DNA of 64,000 nucleotides, from contig CM022673.1 of assembly GCA_012295275.1 (NCBI GenBank), positions 7,936,001 through 8,000,000 on the forward strand, read 5' to 3'. The notes below the pieces were generated by a model. That model was not told the origin of the DNA, searched no databases, and saw only the letters and a list, made by a program, of their open reading frames with translations. Source of the DNA: Chrysomallon squamiferum (lineage: Eukaryota; Animalia; Mollusca). The position numbers and the translations under genes are program-made. Of this stretch, positions 1 to 13,200 are shown in pieces (the stretch's first letter is position 1; every line of letters begins with the position of its first letter).

Positions 1-17
1 TTTTTTTCTTTTTTTTT

Positions 18-75
18 ATTGATCAGCGGCAAGGATTCTTTTATATATGAACTTCCCACCTAACACAGTACTACA
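18..75 (-). mobile_element. degenerate SINE core fragment (MetaSINE/MESC-like)
   Basis: ATTGATCAGCGGCAAGGATTCTTTTATATATGAACTTCCCAC aligns loosely with 3531-3580 and about 13044-13095. It resembles, from memory, the reverse complement of the conserved mollusc SINE core (GCAGCAAGGGATCTTTTATATGCACCATCCCACAGACAG). Confidence 0.4.
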
Positions 76-99
76 GTCAAATTATCTGCTAATGATGTA

Positions 100-908
100 C
101 CGTATATACTTGTGTATAAGTCGAATTTTTGGGAGACTATATTAAGGTAATATTTTGGGGATCAACTTATACATAGATAATGCTTTTGTAGCTGTTTCTG
201 AAGAGTCGCCATTTTGACTATTTTTTGCTACGGGATGCATCTAAAATAATCGCGGTCTTTCAGCTTTTCAAAAATATAATTTTATCATATAAAAATTTTT
301 GAAAAATTAAATAACAAAACCAAATATGAATGTAAAACATGATATTCTTCCGTTTAATGACATAAAAATACATTTTAAAGCAAGAAAACCGTCAGTACAG
401 CGTTATGCCTTACGGCGTCTTGCAATGATCAAGGAATGCAGACTTCTCTGCCAAATTGCACTAAATATCGGTCCTAATTTCATAAACAAAACTCACTTGT
501 TTAATTGTAAAGAATTTGGTGAAATAATATTGCAATCGTCATTAATATCCACTACTGACAAATTTTGTAAATCATAGAACGGCTAAATATAACGGTAAGT
601 TAGGTCTCCATGTTAGACCTATTACATTAAAGAGATACTATTTATGATACATTTAGGCTATAGCTCGTGTAATACATGCATTTACATTATTATGGTATGT
701 TTGTGCATGTTACAGCTCGTGCAAGTTATGTTACAGTAGGCGTACAATGTAGGCCTTCATGGCACTGTCACACTGGTCTAAAAATAGTGACGGTGCCTGG
801 AATCTACAGTCGACTTATACACAAGTAATACCTAAAATGATGCAATTTTTGGTCTTAAAATACACATCGACTTATACATAAGGTCGCCTTGTACACAAGT
901 ATATACGG
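100..908. mobile_element. non-autonomous Tc1/mariner-superfamily (Tc2/pogo-like) DNA transposon / MITE, 809 bp
   Basis: Left TIR CCGTATATACTTGTGTATAAGTCGA (100-124) matches the reverse complement of 884-908 at 23/25. TA target-site duplications at 98-99 and 909-910. Subterminal (C)GACTTATAC repeats near 163, 811 and 868. CpG-rich interior with no transposase ORF. Confidence 0.85.
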
Positions 909-1439
909 TAACTAGCTTCTATAATGGTACACATAGTTGTTAAAAAAAATCATTACCATTTAATCATTTTTATTATTTAATAATCTTTAGCTTTTAGTCT
1001 CTCTTGTAATTTTTATTTTATTTTATTTTATTTTATTTTATTTTTGATTTTACTCCATTTAATATTTTTCTTCTTTTCCTTAGATTTATAAAAGTGAATT
1101 TAAAAATGTACTTTTAACAACTAATTGAATGACTTTATTTCATATTATCAAATAACAATAAAAACTCAATTTTTATTTCATGTTTTATGGAATATGTGCC
1201 TGTAATAAAACCCAAGTGTTATTTTATATACCCTTCAACAGTGTGTTATACAGATTACATTAAAATATGAATTATAATGAAGTCATACTAAAAAGTGTAA
1301 ATTAATTGTTGAAAACCATTAAAAGCATGGATTAACAGAATAATAGCATCAACAACAATAATAACTAACAGTAATATAACATAATAACAACAGTAATATA
1401 ATCAGTTACTGTGATTATTATTATTATTATCAATATTAT

Positions 1440-1895
1440 TAAGACCAAAGTCTTACCTCTTAAGTATTCAAACCATGTTCACCTATATTAATTTCAAGAT
1501 GATCACATCTTAACCAAAACAATTCATTATCCTCTATTTAATCCTTCCATTCAGTATAAAGTATATTATTTATTTATTATATTATTATTGTTATTATTTT
1601 TAACACCACTGAATATTTAAGCTGTACTTACCTATATTAATTTCAAGATGATTGTATTTTAACTGAAACAGTACATTACCTCATGTTTACTTCTTTAAAA
1701 AGTATATTATCATTATTTTTATTACTATTATTACTATAACTATTATTATTTATTATTATTATTATTATTATTAACACTACAGAATATCTATTTTACTTTT
1801 TTTACTTCTTTAGTATTTAAGCAGTAATTTCAAGATGATCATATTTTTAAACAAAACAGTTCATTACCTCCTGTTTACTTCTTTCATTCAGTGAG
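1440..1895. repeat. three degenerate tandem copies of a ~150-190 bp unit
   Basis: Shared core AATTTCAAGATGAT...AAAACAGTTCATTACCTC..GTTTACTTCTTT near 1490, 1639 and 1826, separated by (ATT)n-like spacers. Confidence 0.7.
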
Positions 1896-3419
1896 AAGTA
1901 AGACAAACAGGAAAATAGGTCTATTTTTTTTTTCTCTTCATATATATTTTTAACCACGTTTACAAAAACAAACAGTTGGGCTACATCCCAGAAGATACAG
2001 TCTTTGTGTTAATGTTAGATGTATTTATAGTTCTAGATGGTTATGGTATCAAGAGTGTTTTGGGGGTTATTATTCTATAACATAGTTTGTGTAATAATTT
2101 ATGTCAGTATGTAACACTGATGAATGTACTATATTTCTCTAGTATTTGTAAAAAAATAATAATATATATGTGTGTGTATATATATATATATATCTATATA
2201 GATAGATAGAAATAGACAGATTTCAAATAATAATAATAATAACAATAATAGAAAAAAACAAATAAATTAGACAAAATTATATATGTGTGTTTGTGTGTCT
2301 ATGTGTGTTTGTGTGTAAAATGGAATAAATAATACAAATTGGGATAACACATGTTTCTAGATAGTAAGTATTTCAAAGAAAACAACAATGTCAAATTAAG
2401 CCCAACAGTCTACTGTAAAATGTTAAAATGTAAACATTTATCCTACTATTTTTTAATAAGGTCAAACAAATTTTTTAAATTCTGAATTATAACTATGAAT
2501 ACCTTAGCTACAGTAGGGTTTCTTCTTCTATTTTTTATTTTCTTTATTTTTATTTTTTATTTTTTATTTTTTAGCAATAAAAATCATTATAAACTTCATT
2601 AATAATTTAACTAAAATTATATGATGAATATATTTCTAGCAAAACAAATTTTAATGACAAATAAGCTAATTCGGGACAGAGACAAGTTTAAACATTGATT
2701 ACAATTTTTCCATATTTGTTTCTAATTTTAGTTTATTCTATTTTTATTTTATTTTTTTTTTTTTTTTTTTTTTATCTTGTTACAATTTGTGCTGAGAATG
2801 AGATGCTCAAACAACAAACTGACAATCATGCTAATTCATGGCATCAAACTTGAGAGTCATTTGTGGGCATAACATACAGACTGCTTGTTGCTGATGGTTA
2901 TTTAGAATTTAAAAAAAAAAAAAGAAGCATAAATTAATTTGTTAGTGACCTTTAGGTTTGTAGTGTGAAGCACAAATCAAATAACATTTTTATCTAAATA
3001 ACAAAAGTATGTAACAGGATTTTTGATTAAGCTAGATATAAATCATTTGTTTAGTTATGTAATACAGACTTAATAAAGCTAGTTTAGGAACTAAGTGATT
3101 CACAAGTTGACAAGCAAGAAAACAAAATGAAAGCATGTCACAAATTGCTCACAAGCATTTCTCAATTTCTGACATGTGCATGATTACAACATTAAGAATA
3201 TCACCTCCTATCCAAGTATACCACCATTCTAGCCAAAAATAAACATATAGTCATGATGTGCTTTTTACTTATTAACATGCATATCAATTTCTGTGTGTGA
3301 TCTAAATTATTAAAGACAAAACTATTTCATTTTAGCACATTCAAATTTTGCATGTGGACAAAAAAAGTTCTGTTGTAATTTAGACAGACAGATCATGTTA
3401 TAAATGAATGATTGGATGA

Positions 3420-3610
3420 ATAAAGATCTGTTTAACACCACCTCATTTAATATTAATGTGTCAATCATGTTTTATTATGTAATGATATATTTAGTACATA
3501 TGAACTGCTGCCATTCCATGGGCGCCTTTTATTGATTTTCTGCAATGGATTTATTATATGCACCATCCAACTGAAGGGAAAGCATATACCATGACTAATA
3601 AGCCAGATTT
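3420..3610 (-). mobile_element. degenerate SINE copy (MetaSINE/MESC-like)
   Basis: CTGCTGCCATTCCATGGGCGCC...ATTGAT...GCAATGGATTTATTATATGCACCATCCAAC...CATATACCATG follows the order of the recalled mollusc SINE core and resembles 18-75. Confidence 0.45.
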
Positions 3611-4592
3611 TTGACAATTAGATGAAACAATGATTAAGTAAGCTGTTCAAAAAAATAATAACATCTGTGAAAAGCAGAAGAGAACAAAAAAAAAAAAATA
3701 AATAAACAAAATAAAAATGTTCAAAATGTCATTTAAATTAAATTTAATATGCGAGTAAAATTCAAAATTTAAATTTTAATGTTTTACTTTGGCTCTTGGC
3801 TATAATGTTCATACTTTACATCATTTTTGGGAAAGGAAAAAAAAAAAAAAAAAAAAAAAAACCTTGTTTGTTTAAGGATTTCTTATATTGATCAACCTGC
3901 AAAGTTTATGTGACAAGCACACAACTCTTTTGGTACAAAAATGCTCTCAGTTCTGCATGCAACATATTTGTCATAAAACATATGCCAGGAAACACAGCAT
4001 CAAAACAGCAGTGTATCTGCACCCAGATGATTACTACTATAACTGTTATTCCTGAGCCGTCTTAGAAATATTTTCTAACACTAACCTACTCTACATCTAT
4101 AAACAGCAAAGAAATAGCCTTTAGGAATATTATAATTGTCTTTCCTGGTTATTTTAAGTATACCTCTAGGGTGCAGACAAAGTCACAAAGACACTTAACA
4201 TCCAAATGATTTGCTTTTTTCAGTTTTGTTTACATTTTTCTGTTATTCGGCAGACCTCACAATATTCATATGCAAGTCAAGAATATGAATATTTTCATGT
4301 TTGCGGGCATACAACAAATCTGAACAAAAAAATGGTCTGGTCTTTTTCCTCTATGTTTATTTACTGATGTTTTTCATTATTTCCACACTTTATTATAATA
4401 AACACTCTAGAACTTGGATCTTCTTAATTTTTCATATTTCTGGTTCCACAAACCAAACTGCCTGCCAAACAAACTCTAATACAGACTGACTCCCATTATG
4501 ACACAAGTGAAAAATGGCTTTAACATGACAGTAGACAACATAAATAAATAAATGATTTAGGTGTATGTAAGAAAAAGGCAAATGAATCTTAC

Positions 4593-5238
4593 TTGCATAA
4601 ATCAGGTTCAGGTGGCTGTATTTTTAAAACACTGTACAATAAATTACCATGTAAAAGACTAATACACTGACATTTTCTCAAAATTTAGCTGCAAGTAGAT
4701 ATACTGCAAGAATAACTAAATCAAACAAGCATTTTTGCAAGGTTAAACGTAAATGAACTGTAATTATTATTTTGTTTTATTTATTCTACATTATATTATT
4801 TTTTACAAATAAGAAGACACCAATTTATATAATAGCAACATAAAATAACTGATTTACAATAACTAGTGACACCAGAGCAGTATGATAGCTTCTAATGTTC
4901 GTCATAACATTACGTCATTTATTTAGTTCATTTGTTTCCTTTTTTTTTACTATTTTTTATTATTTTTTTTTTTTATATATATAATTATGGAAGATCCACC
5001 TAATATAAGGTCTAAATTTGTATGTATTAGTATACTTTCACGTGTTTTTCATTTGTAATTACCATAATAAAACTTATTTGTAATAATAAAGTAATAAGTT
5101 CATGATATAATTATGTCAAATCTACTATTTCTCTTTCTTTATTGCTCATAATGAAATTAAAAAATAAATAAATGAACAAAAATGGTTAAACTTGGTAAAT
5201 CTTTTCAAATTTGAAATAAGTAAAGGCTTACATGGTGT

Positions 5239-5270
<32 letters not shown>

Positions 5271-6600
5271 GATTGTACAAAATGGCATTGCAAAAAAAAT
5301 GAAAAATAACAGCCTCTATATAAGTCTGTGTATTCTAAATATTCTGACCTTTTCAAACTGTGGTTGCAAACAATGTTTATTATTATACTGTACTATATAT
5401 CCATATTCAGTGTATTTTTCTTGTAACCAAAGCTACTGTATATACATTTTGTACATTTTCAAATGATTCTTTTACTCAACAATTTAAATAATCTTTTCTA
5501 ATAATAAAGTATAACAACAAAAAACAGTGTCTGCAAAGCTTTTTGTAGTTTGCTGCTTTTTACATTTCTGTTTCAAATGACATTATGATGATAACCACAA
5601 AAGAAAAATGGCAGTATCTGTATATCCTCAGTTATTTTATTTTCATAACATCATCAAAGTCTGGTCAACAGAAAAAAAAAAAATACTACTGAGGTTAATA
5701 GATATGTACTAAATGTGCACAAGCCTCCATTAATGGCACTGTTGATACAGTTAATAACAGAATGTTCATTGAAAGAACATATATAAACATTAATATGTCA
5801 AATTCCAGCAAATATTCACAGTATTTACTCATCAAATCATTCAACAAATTTATCCATCAAAGCAGGTTTTTTAAAATTAATACATTAGTTTACTTAACAA
5901 AGACATTGTATAAGAGTGAATCAAATGTCTTATTTTCAGTATACTTTACATTTTAATGAGGATAACATGCAATTACACTGAGGGTAAACTGTAAACTGTA
6001 ATTTCCTCCCTTGTTTTTACACACCATTGTAACAATGGCAACTTGTTTTACGTTAAACAGTTATTTTCGCCTCTATTCCTATAACCATACAAAAATGATG
6101 ACTAGATTTGTTAATATTTTTATTTAATATTCAAAATTAATCTTTAGGTGTGGGTTTACCAGATCCTTCATAAAACACGATTGGTCCCTGCAGATGAGCT
6201 AAATTGATAATTTTGTTTACATTGCAGGAAATGTATATAGGGTCTAAAAACCTGTTCAGCCCAGAACTAAAATATATTTACGTATACAAATTAATGCGTA
6301 ACTGACAAAATGGTATTATTTATAAACACATTTCCACGACAAACTCTAGTAGGCGAGCCTTTGCTTGACAGTTTTACGGTATTAGTTATTGTGGGTCAAC
6401 AAACATATTAATAAAATCAGCAATTTGCCAGTGTTGACAGATTCAAATCTAAAACTGATTTAAAACAATACAAAAATATTTACCTATCAGATACTGCAAA
6501 TTTGTTGTACCGGAATAAATACGTCAAAATGCTCTTGTATATATTATGATACACAACCTTGTTACACCAACTTCGCCATTACATAGGTCATGTGACTAGG
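4593..6600 (-). other. putative 5' exons of an unidentified minus-strand gene extending toward or beyond the left edge
   Basis: Candidate exons ~6590-6484 (donor AG|GTAAAT), 6243-6160 (donor TG|GTAAAC) and 4615-4593 (TACAG| acceptor, |GTAAGA donor). An ATG at 6171 would give MKDL-PPEPDLC. Sequence downstream is CpG-depleted like a gene body. No further exon could be linked. Confidence 0.35.
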
Positions 6601-6615
6601 TTTTCGCCAATCGCA
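6570..6615 (-). promoter_or_regulatory. putative promoter: YY1-like AATGGCG, E-box GTCATGTGAC (CLEAR/M-box-like), CCAAT
   Basis: CGCCATT at 6574-6580, GTCATGTGAC at 6587-6596 and CCAAT at 6607-6611, clustered where CpG-poor sequence changes to CpG-rich sequence. Confidence 0.5.
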
Positions 6616-8150
6616 AGCTCGGTTCTGCAAAGCTAAAAATAATTTCCCTTTTCTCTAAGGATGTAGTCTGAGTCTAAAAATAGACTTAGGCATAACTGTT
6701 GTTCATTGGATTATGTCAGTCCAGCAAATGGTGCAGTGATTGATGAAAGCTGGATACATATATGTTTATATTTGGAGATTTAAAATAAATGAATATCATA
6801 AGGTCATATATAATTTAAAATGTTAGTTTTCATAATAAATCAAATTTTTTTATTTTGTGGTTTTAATAACAGATCGGAAAATATCGATTAACGTACAACG
6901 GCCGTTTTCAGTACCATTTACATCGACCCATATTTGTAACATAAATAAAGCAACACTTGTGAATGGGAGCCTGTTGCCAAGGAGCGCACATCCAGACGGT
7001 CGATACCCGATGTGGAACAAGTTAAAACAATATGTTTCTTAATCTTTGCAGTATAGTTTTTGTCCTTGACAATTTAACATTAAAATTTTACAAAAAAATA
7101 AAAATAAAAAATAAGATTAGCGCGCGCTTCGGTAATCAATTTTATCTCCAGACATGGCTCTTTTTATTTCATTTACGATAAAAGTATTTTACATTAATAC
7201 GTTCCTAAAATAAATTTTCATTTCAAAATTATACATTCTGCTGCAATTATTTAAATTACTTCCGATATGTATTTATAATACATAATTTTAATTTTGCTCT
7301 TGGCAAACATACACAACTGCCAAAGAAACTGCACCTGTGATAAATAATACTCTTATTCCAAAAGTAAAATCATATATGGCAATCTCTATATCTATAGGTT
7401 TTATATTAACATTGCATTTTATACATTATTCATCTATAATATTTCTAATAATATAACACAAAAAATTAATATTACAGACAGCTCAAATAATAATAATAAT
7501 AACAACAATAAAAAGCCATATCAGAGTAATTGATTTATTACTATTATTTATTTATTTATTTTGATGTCAATAAATATATGAATACATAGGCACTGTAATT
7601 ATTCGGTTTTTAAATGGTTACTATGCAACGAGATAAAGTGTTAAAATAATTATCAATATTCATGTTCACACACACAGTATCACATTACTTTTTTCAATCT
7701 TCATCTTTTTAAGACACTTTGTATTGTCCACCGTGCTTTAATTCCTTCTCACTAATGGAATGGATAAAATAATAGAAATATATTCATTAACATTACTATT
7801 TTCATACAGAGTTTCTTTAAGAAGATGGCACGATAATAAATATATAAATTTTAATTAATTATTTAATTGATTAATTAATTATTAACAGTAGTAGTAGTAG
7901 TAGTAGTAGTAGTAACAGGAGTAGTAATACTAGTAGTAGAAGTAGTAGTAGTAGTAAATCCTCTAAATCCATATGTTTTGTTCGTAATAAACCGCTACTA
8001 TATGTTCATTATAGGATCATATTCTAACTGTATGCCAGCAAAGGTCAACGTAAAAACACAGTTGTTGAAATACAAAGAGTCGTGATTCTGTATTTGACAG
8101 TGTGTATTGTCGATGTACAGCTTATAAAGATTACGTATCTGAATTTACGA

Positions 8151-8808
8151 TTAAACAAATGCAGTAGCCAGGTGCAGTATGTATGTGCGCGTTTTCCGTC
8201 CCGGCTGAAGGTTTATCAAAAAATCGTAGTGGTCTTCCGGCTTCTGAAAACAGTAGGCCATAGCGTGACGGCAGAGGGTTATGTCTCTTATTATATTAAT
8301 GGATTTTATCTACATGTATTTAAAATGAATTTAGGATATGCTTAAATGATAGATCGCTTCCTTCATTATACATGTATAAAGTTTTTTGTTTTTTTTTCGT
8401 TACAAAGACATGAAATATACAGGTTTCCCAGTCTGACTTGCTAGCTCGCTGTCTGTCTGGCTATCTTTCTGTCTCGTTTATATAAAAATACTATTTAAAT
8501 ACTGATTAACAAAATTGATGTTGATTAATAATATTAATAGTTTTTAATGACAGATGGATGTAATTAATTAAAGTTTTACAAATGGTTAACATATTTAATA
8601 CCGCACATTCGCATATTAGAATAATTAAATCTGCTTAATGACTGGTTGATATAAATAAATGACTCAATGTCATTACATTCAATCTTATTTAGATTTTTTG
8701 AAAATAATAATAATAAAAATTAAAAATTATAATATAAAATTTATTTGTTTTCTTTTACAAACCCTTTTATTAATTTCTTTGTTTTCATCTTTTCATTAGT
8801 TTTTATAC

Positions 8809-8851
<43 letters not shown>

Positions 8852-8917
8852 TTTAAGTACATAGATTAATATAATATTATAACTCTAATAAACAGCAACA
8901 AAAAAAAATGAAAGCAA

Positions 8918-8952
<35 letters not shown>

Positions 8953-11465
8953 GAACAAAAATAAAGTCTATTAGAGAATTTATAATTGATCTGGTCAAAA
9001 ACAGAAAGCAAAAATAGCATATAGATGATTTTGAAAGAAGAAAAAAATAATAATAAAGAAATAAAGAAAAAAAGAAAAGGGGGAAAAAAAAAAAAAGAAA
9101 AAGAAAATTGAAACGAAAACGGGATTACTCAACCAGATTGCTGGTTTTAAGGTTAATTCATTCGATTACGTTGGATTCTGACAGCCATATTATTGCCGCT
9201 ATACTTTTTTCTCTCAAATATTTGATCCTGTAATACGCATTCAGAAATATTTGTTTTCAATTATAGTAATAAAGTGATTATTTTTAACGTTTAGTACAAA
9301 CGTACTCAGCATGGAACTAAAATAGTGATGGATTTCAGAATCAAATCTCTTCAGTGACTCATTTGATTTTTAATTTTGTTATTGCCAGTGCCACACATTT
9401 TTTTTTACTTTATATATAAAGGTTATTTGATGTTTGTTGGAATAGAGGAGGGTTGTTTCTTTATTGATCATTCATCGTTATCAAATTCCATGTTGGAAAT
9501 ATAATTACTATTGAAATTAAAATATGCGTTGGCATCGCTAAACAAATATCCAGTGATTTATTTATTTAATTTGTGTATAACCGTGTAACCTGCAAGCCAT
9601 CGTGATACCGTATTAACTGATAAAATATCGTGTTTCGCTTTATTTCACATCATTTTGCGCGACATTGTTTTTCGAAGGAGGTGATCACGATTTTAGACTG
9701 GCACCACATCGTATTTTCGCCACGTAAGGATTAAAACCAGTCTAAATATACATTCTAACACGATGCGAAAACCCACGCACAATGTTAATCCTCTGGAGGA
9801 ACAATGTCTGAATGACTGAGCCAACATGGTCACTTACTAATTAATCAGAGTAAATGCAGCTGACATTTGAAAAAGAAATAGACTTTAATAGTTCTTTACA
9901 AACGGTTGGATAGTTGTTTTCCTTTTCGTGAAATTTTAGCTTAAATTCAATGTTTTTTTTTTTCGCATGCTTTTAAATTCACTGAAGTCTTCCAAAGAAA
10001 ATTATATAATTAAATTTAATGCCGTACAATATTAAAAATGTGTGTGATTTTTTTTTCTTCTAGAAATTACAATAATTAACCTGACAACCGTTAATGGTGG
10101 TGTCGAAATGCGGCGAACTGTTATTTAGTTGTTTTTGTAGGATTTTCTTTCTATTTTAATTTTTAATTTTTTTAATTATTTATTTTATTTTATTTATTAA
10201 TTAATTATTATTGTTGTTGTTGTTGTATTTATTATTATTTTTTGTTATTGTTGTTGATCTTAAATAAATTAATTTAAGCAACTAATTGTTTATATAACAG
10301 TAGTAAATAGGTATAAACTTTACAAAATGGAAAGCTGTATTGCTTTCGTTCAGTAAACACGATATATTGACTTGTGTAATTATAGATATGTATGTATGTA
10401 TGTATGTTGCCTGCATGTATGTACATCAGATTTAATTTGTATAATTATTTATGTATCTTACGAGTTGTACTGAATGTTTTCATTGCATCTAAATCCTGCT
10501 ATTTATGACCAAACTCACAGGAACTAAATACATCAGTTAAGTGACATAGATACTTGCATATTTATGTACAGATATGTTTTATGTACGCATGTTTGTGTGT
10601 GTCTGTTTTCTAATTTTAGAAATATTGCCGATAGAAACATCATAATTATTGAAACCGATACACTGTACGTGTTATCGTTTATATATTATTAACAGCAGAA
10701 GAATTTTTCATTATTAATGTTGCTATTTTCATCCGAACTTTGCTGTGCCCCGCGGTTATCTCCGGATGAAAACAAAATCTCAAAGATTTTCTTACTTTTA
10801 TTTCTCATTTTATGGGTTTTTGTTGTTTTTCCCTCAAAGTCGTTCTCTTCTTCTTTCTTTCTTTCTTTCTTTAAAGATTTATTATTAGTTGTATTAGAGG
10901 GGATTTTGGTTTAATTATTTGTTTATTTTTTTCTTTTTTTTCTTTAACTGTTCTTTATCGGCAGAATTAATGAAAACGTAAACAAGAAAAATAATTTAAA
11001 AAAGGAATATTATTTTACAAGATAAACCATGGTAACCATATAAATTTAGTAGAGATTTACATTGCGTTTGCTGGTGATTAGCTATATACTAAAAAACAAA
11101 AAAACAAAAAAAAAAAAATAACAACTGTAGTGCAAGAATAAACTATTAATAAAACAGAACCCCAAAACACACACACACACAAAAAAAAAAGAAAAAAAAA
11201 AAAAAAGAAGAAATTTTGCTTGTTCAGCTTTATACCGAAGAACTGATTGCCGCTGTAAAAGAGAATTAAGTGTGGAAATGGTTCAAACACACACACAAAC
11301 ACATACATATACTTCCTCAGATCGTAGTCTTCGATATTTTTTTCCAGACGTATTTTATTTTGCTTTATTATCACATTTGTTTTATCATTAAATTTGTTAT
11401 AACAGAATGTATATATCCACCCATCCATCCATCCAACATTCATTATTTTATTTTATCTTATTTAT

Positions 11466-11509
<44 letters not shown>

Positions 11510-12215
11510 ATTATTATTATTTATTTATTTATTTATTTTATTTTATTTTATTTTATTTTATTTATTTATTGGCGGGGGGAAGGGTGATTCTGGATTTGCT
11601 ATTGAACACAATAATTTAAGCGGGAAACTTCACCTGTATCGTAGTTCTCGAGAACTTTCACGTCTGCTGCAACCAGTCAACTAAACTTGACTGATCTAGG
11701 TTTTGAGATGACCTAAATATTTGAAGCCATTTATTCTTCCATTTTCGTCACACGCTGAAGTGTCAAGAAAATCTACAACTTGTAGGTGACTGAAGTGTGT
11801 CCTTGCTGCTCTTACGTCATGAGAAGAAGAATCAAAATGGTAAAAATAAATCCGCTCATAGCTGATGTTGACAGCACGGCACTAAATATAGCTCGATTTG
11901 ATGACTGCTGTTCCGGTCTGTCGAAAGCTTTACGCCAAACACAAGGCATCGTTAAGGTTTCAGTAATGGTATTTAAAGAATTCATAATGGCTATTCTAAT
12001 ATTTCTGTAACATGACTTAAATGCGTTTCTCAAAAAGGAAACGCGATTTATCTATTTCTGTCCACGTTGTTGTTGTTATTGCGGATTCCCTGTACTGAAA
12101 GTAGGTGAAGGAAAACTGGAAAACATTTTGATTTAAAGATAGATTGATGTAATGATTAATGTACAGGCAGGTGGATAGTTTTATACTGAGAAAAACATTA
12201 CAAAAATTTAGATGC
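8151..12215 (-). pseudogene. possible decayed multi-exon gene with LRR-like and TIR-like fragments
   Basis: Exon-like GC-richer blocks with splice-like ends at 12215-11634, ~9537-9306, 9227-9130 and 8309-8151. Peptide fragments FKYLGHLKT/LDQSSL, H*RDLILKSI and IKYLREKSIAAIIWLSES. Many stops and frameshifts. Confidence 0.25.
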
Positions 12216-12707
12216 CTGAAATGGATAAACATGAACGTAAAATATTACGAAAATATCTGTTGTTAAATAAATACTTTAATAAGAAGGCCTACATACTGCT
12301 TTTTGCTCGACGATAGTCTTTTAGCCAGGCTGGTCTGTATTATTTATATTATTATTATTATTATTAATCGAACTTGTTTACTGATTTAGCCATAAAAATT
12401 ATAAATATCCTTTTTTTTAATTATTTTTTTTACATTTATGTGTGTGTGGTGTTAACCTTACAGCACTGACACAAAATATCATATTCAATTATCGGTCTAA
12501 CTGACATGACAGGTTTTCCTTTAAAAAAAAAAAGAGAAAAAAGTAAAAGAAATTAAAAATGAAAAAAAAAAAAAAAAAAAAAAAACATTGGTCTATAAAT
12601 AAATTACCGTAATGTACAGAGTAACTATATAACGAACTGAAATTATAAAGAAATGAAAGGATGTAAAAACATTTTATCAAACATATTTTTTACCATTATT
12701 AACTTCT

Positions 12708-12747
<40 letters not shown>

Positions 12748-12949
12748 ATTTTCTATACGAGCGAGACTCTTTGAAGACATCTGTTTTAAAACTGATGCTC
12801 TTGATTTATAAATTTAAATGATGGATTCTCTCTAAAATCATTAACAAGTCTACATGAATGTGATGTTACAAAACACAGTCTAATAGATCTAAGACTTTGC
12901 TTTCCTCCTAGGCACCACTCTTTGCTAACACTAGAATAACATAGAAACA

Positions 12950-13200
12950 AAAACAAAAAATGTTTTATTTAACAATGCACTGTTTTATCTACGATGCTGA
13001 GAGGCAAGCCACCAAATAAGTTATACTTTTCGTAAAAACCGTGAAGGATGTTTTTCTTTGTTGTTATTGTTGTTTATATGCGTTTTACACAGACAGTAAG
13101 ACTTGGGACACTGACTGTAATGACAAACAGATCAACAGAAGCACCAAGAAGGACTGATCCAGTGATCAGTTATGCTTTATACTGACCAGACACTCTTTCA
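12950..13200 (-). mobile_element. degenerate, internally deleted SINE copy
   Basis: AAATGTTTTATTTAACAATGCACT (3' tail-like), TTTATATGCG..CACAGACAG (core-like) and GGACTGATCC (B-box-like in reverse) occur in the same order as in the recalled mollusc tRNA-derived SINE. Confidence 0.4.

Noticed and set aside
326-577. 83-aa ORF inside the MITE as a transposase
   Set aside because: No HTH or DDE-like motifs and too short.
6857-7042. CpG-rich 61-aa ORF
   Set aside because: Non-ATG start, no recognisable motif or splice context. It may be a repeat fragment.
9103-9120. GAAA repeats as an interferon-response (ISRE) element
   Set aside because: Spacing does not fit GAAANNGAAA and the site lies in an A-rich low-complexity tract.
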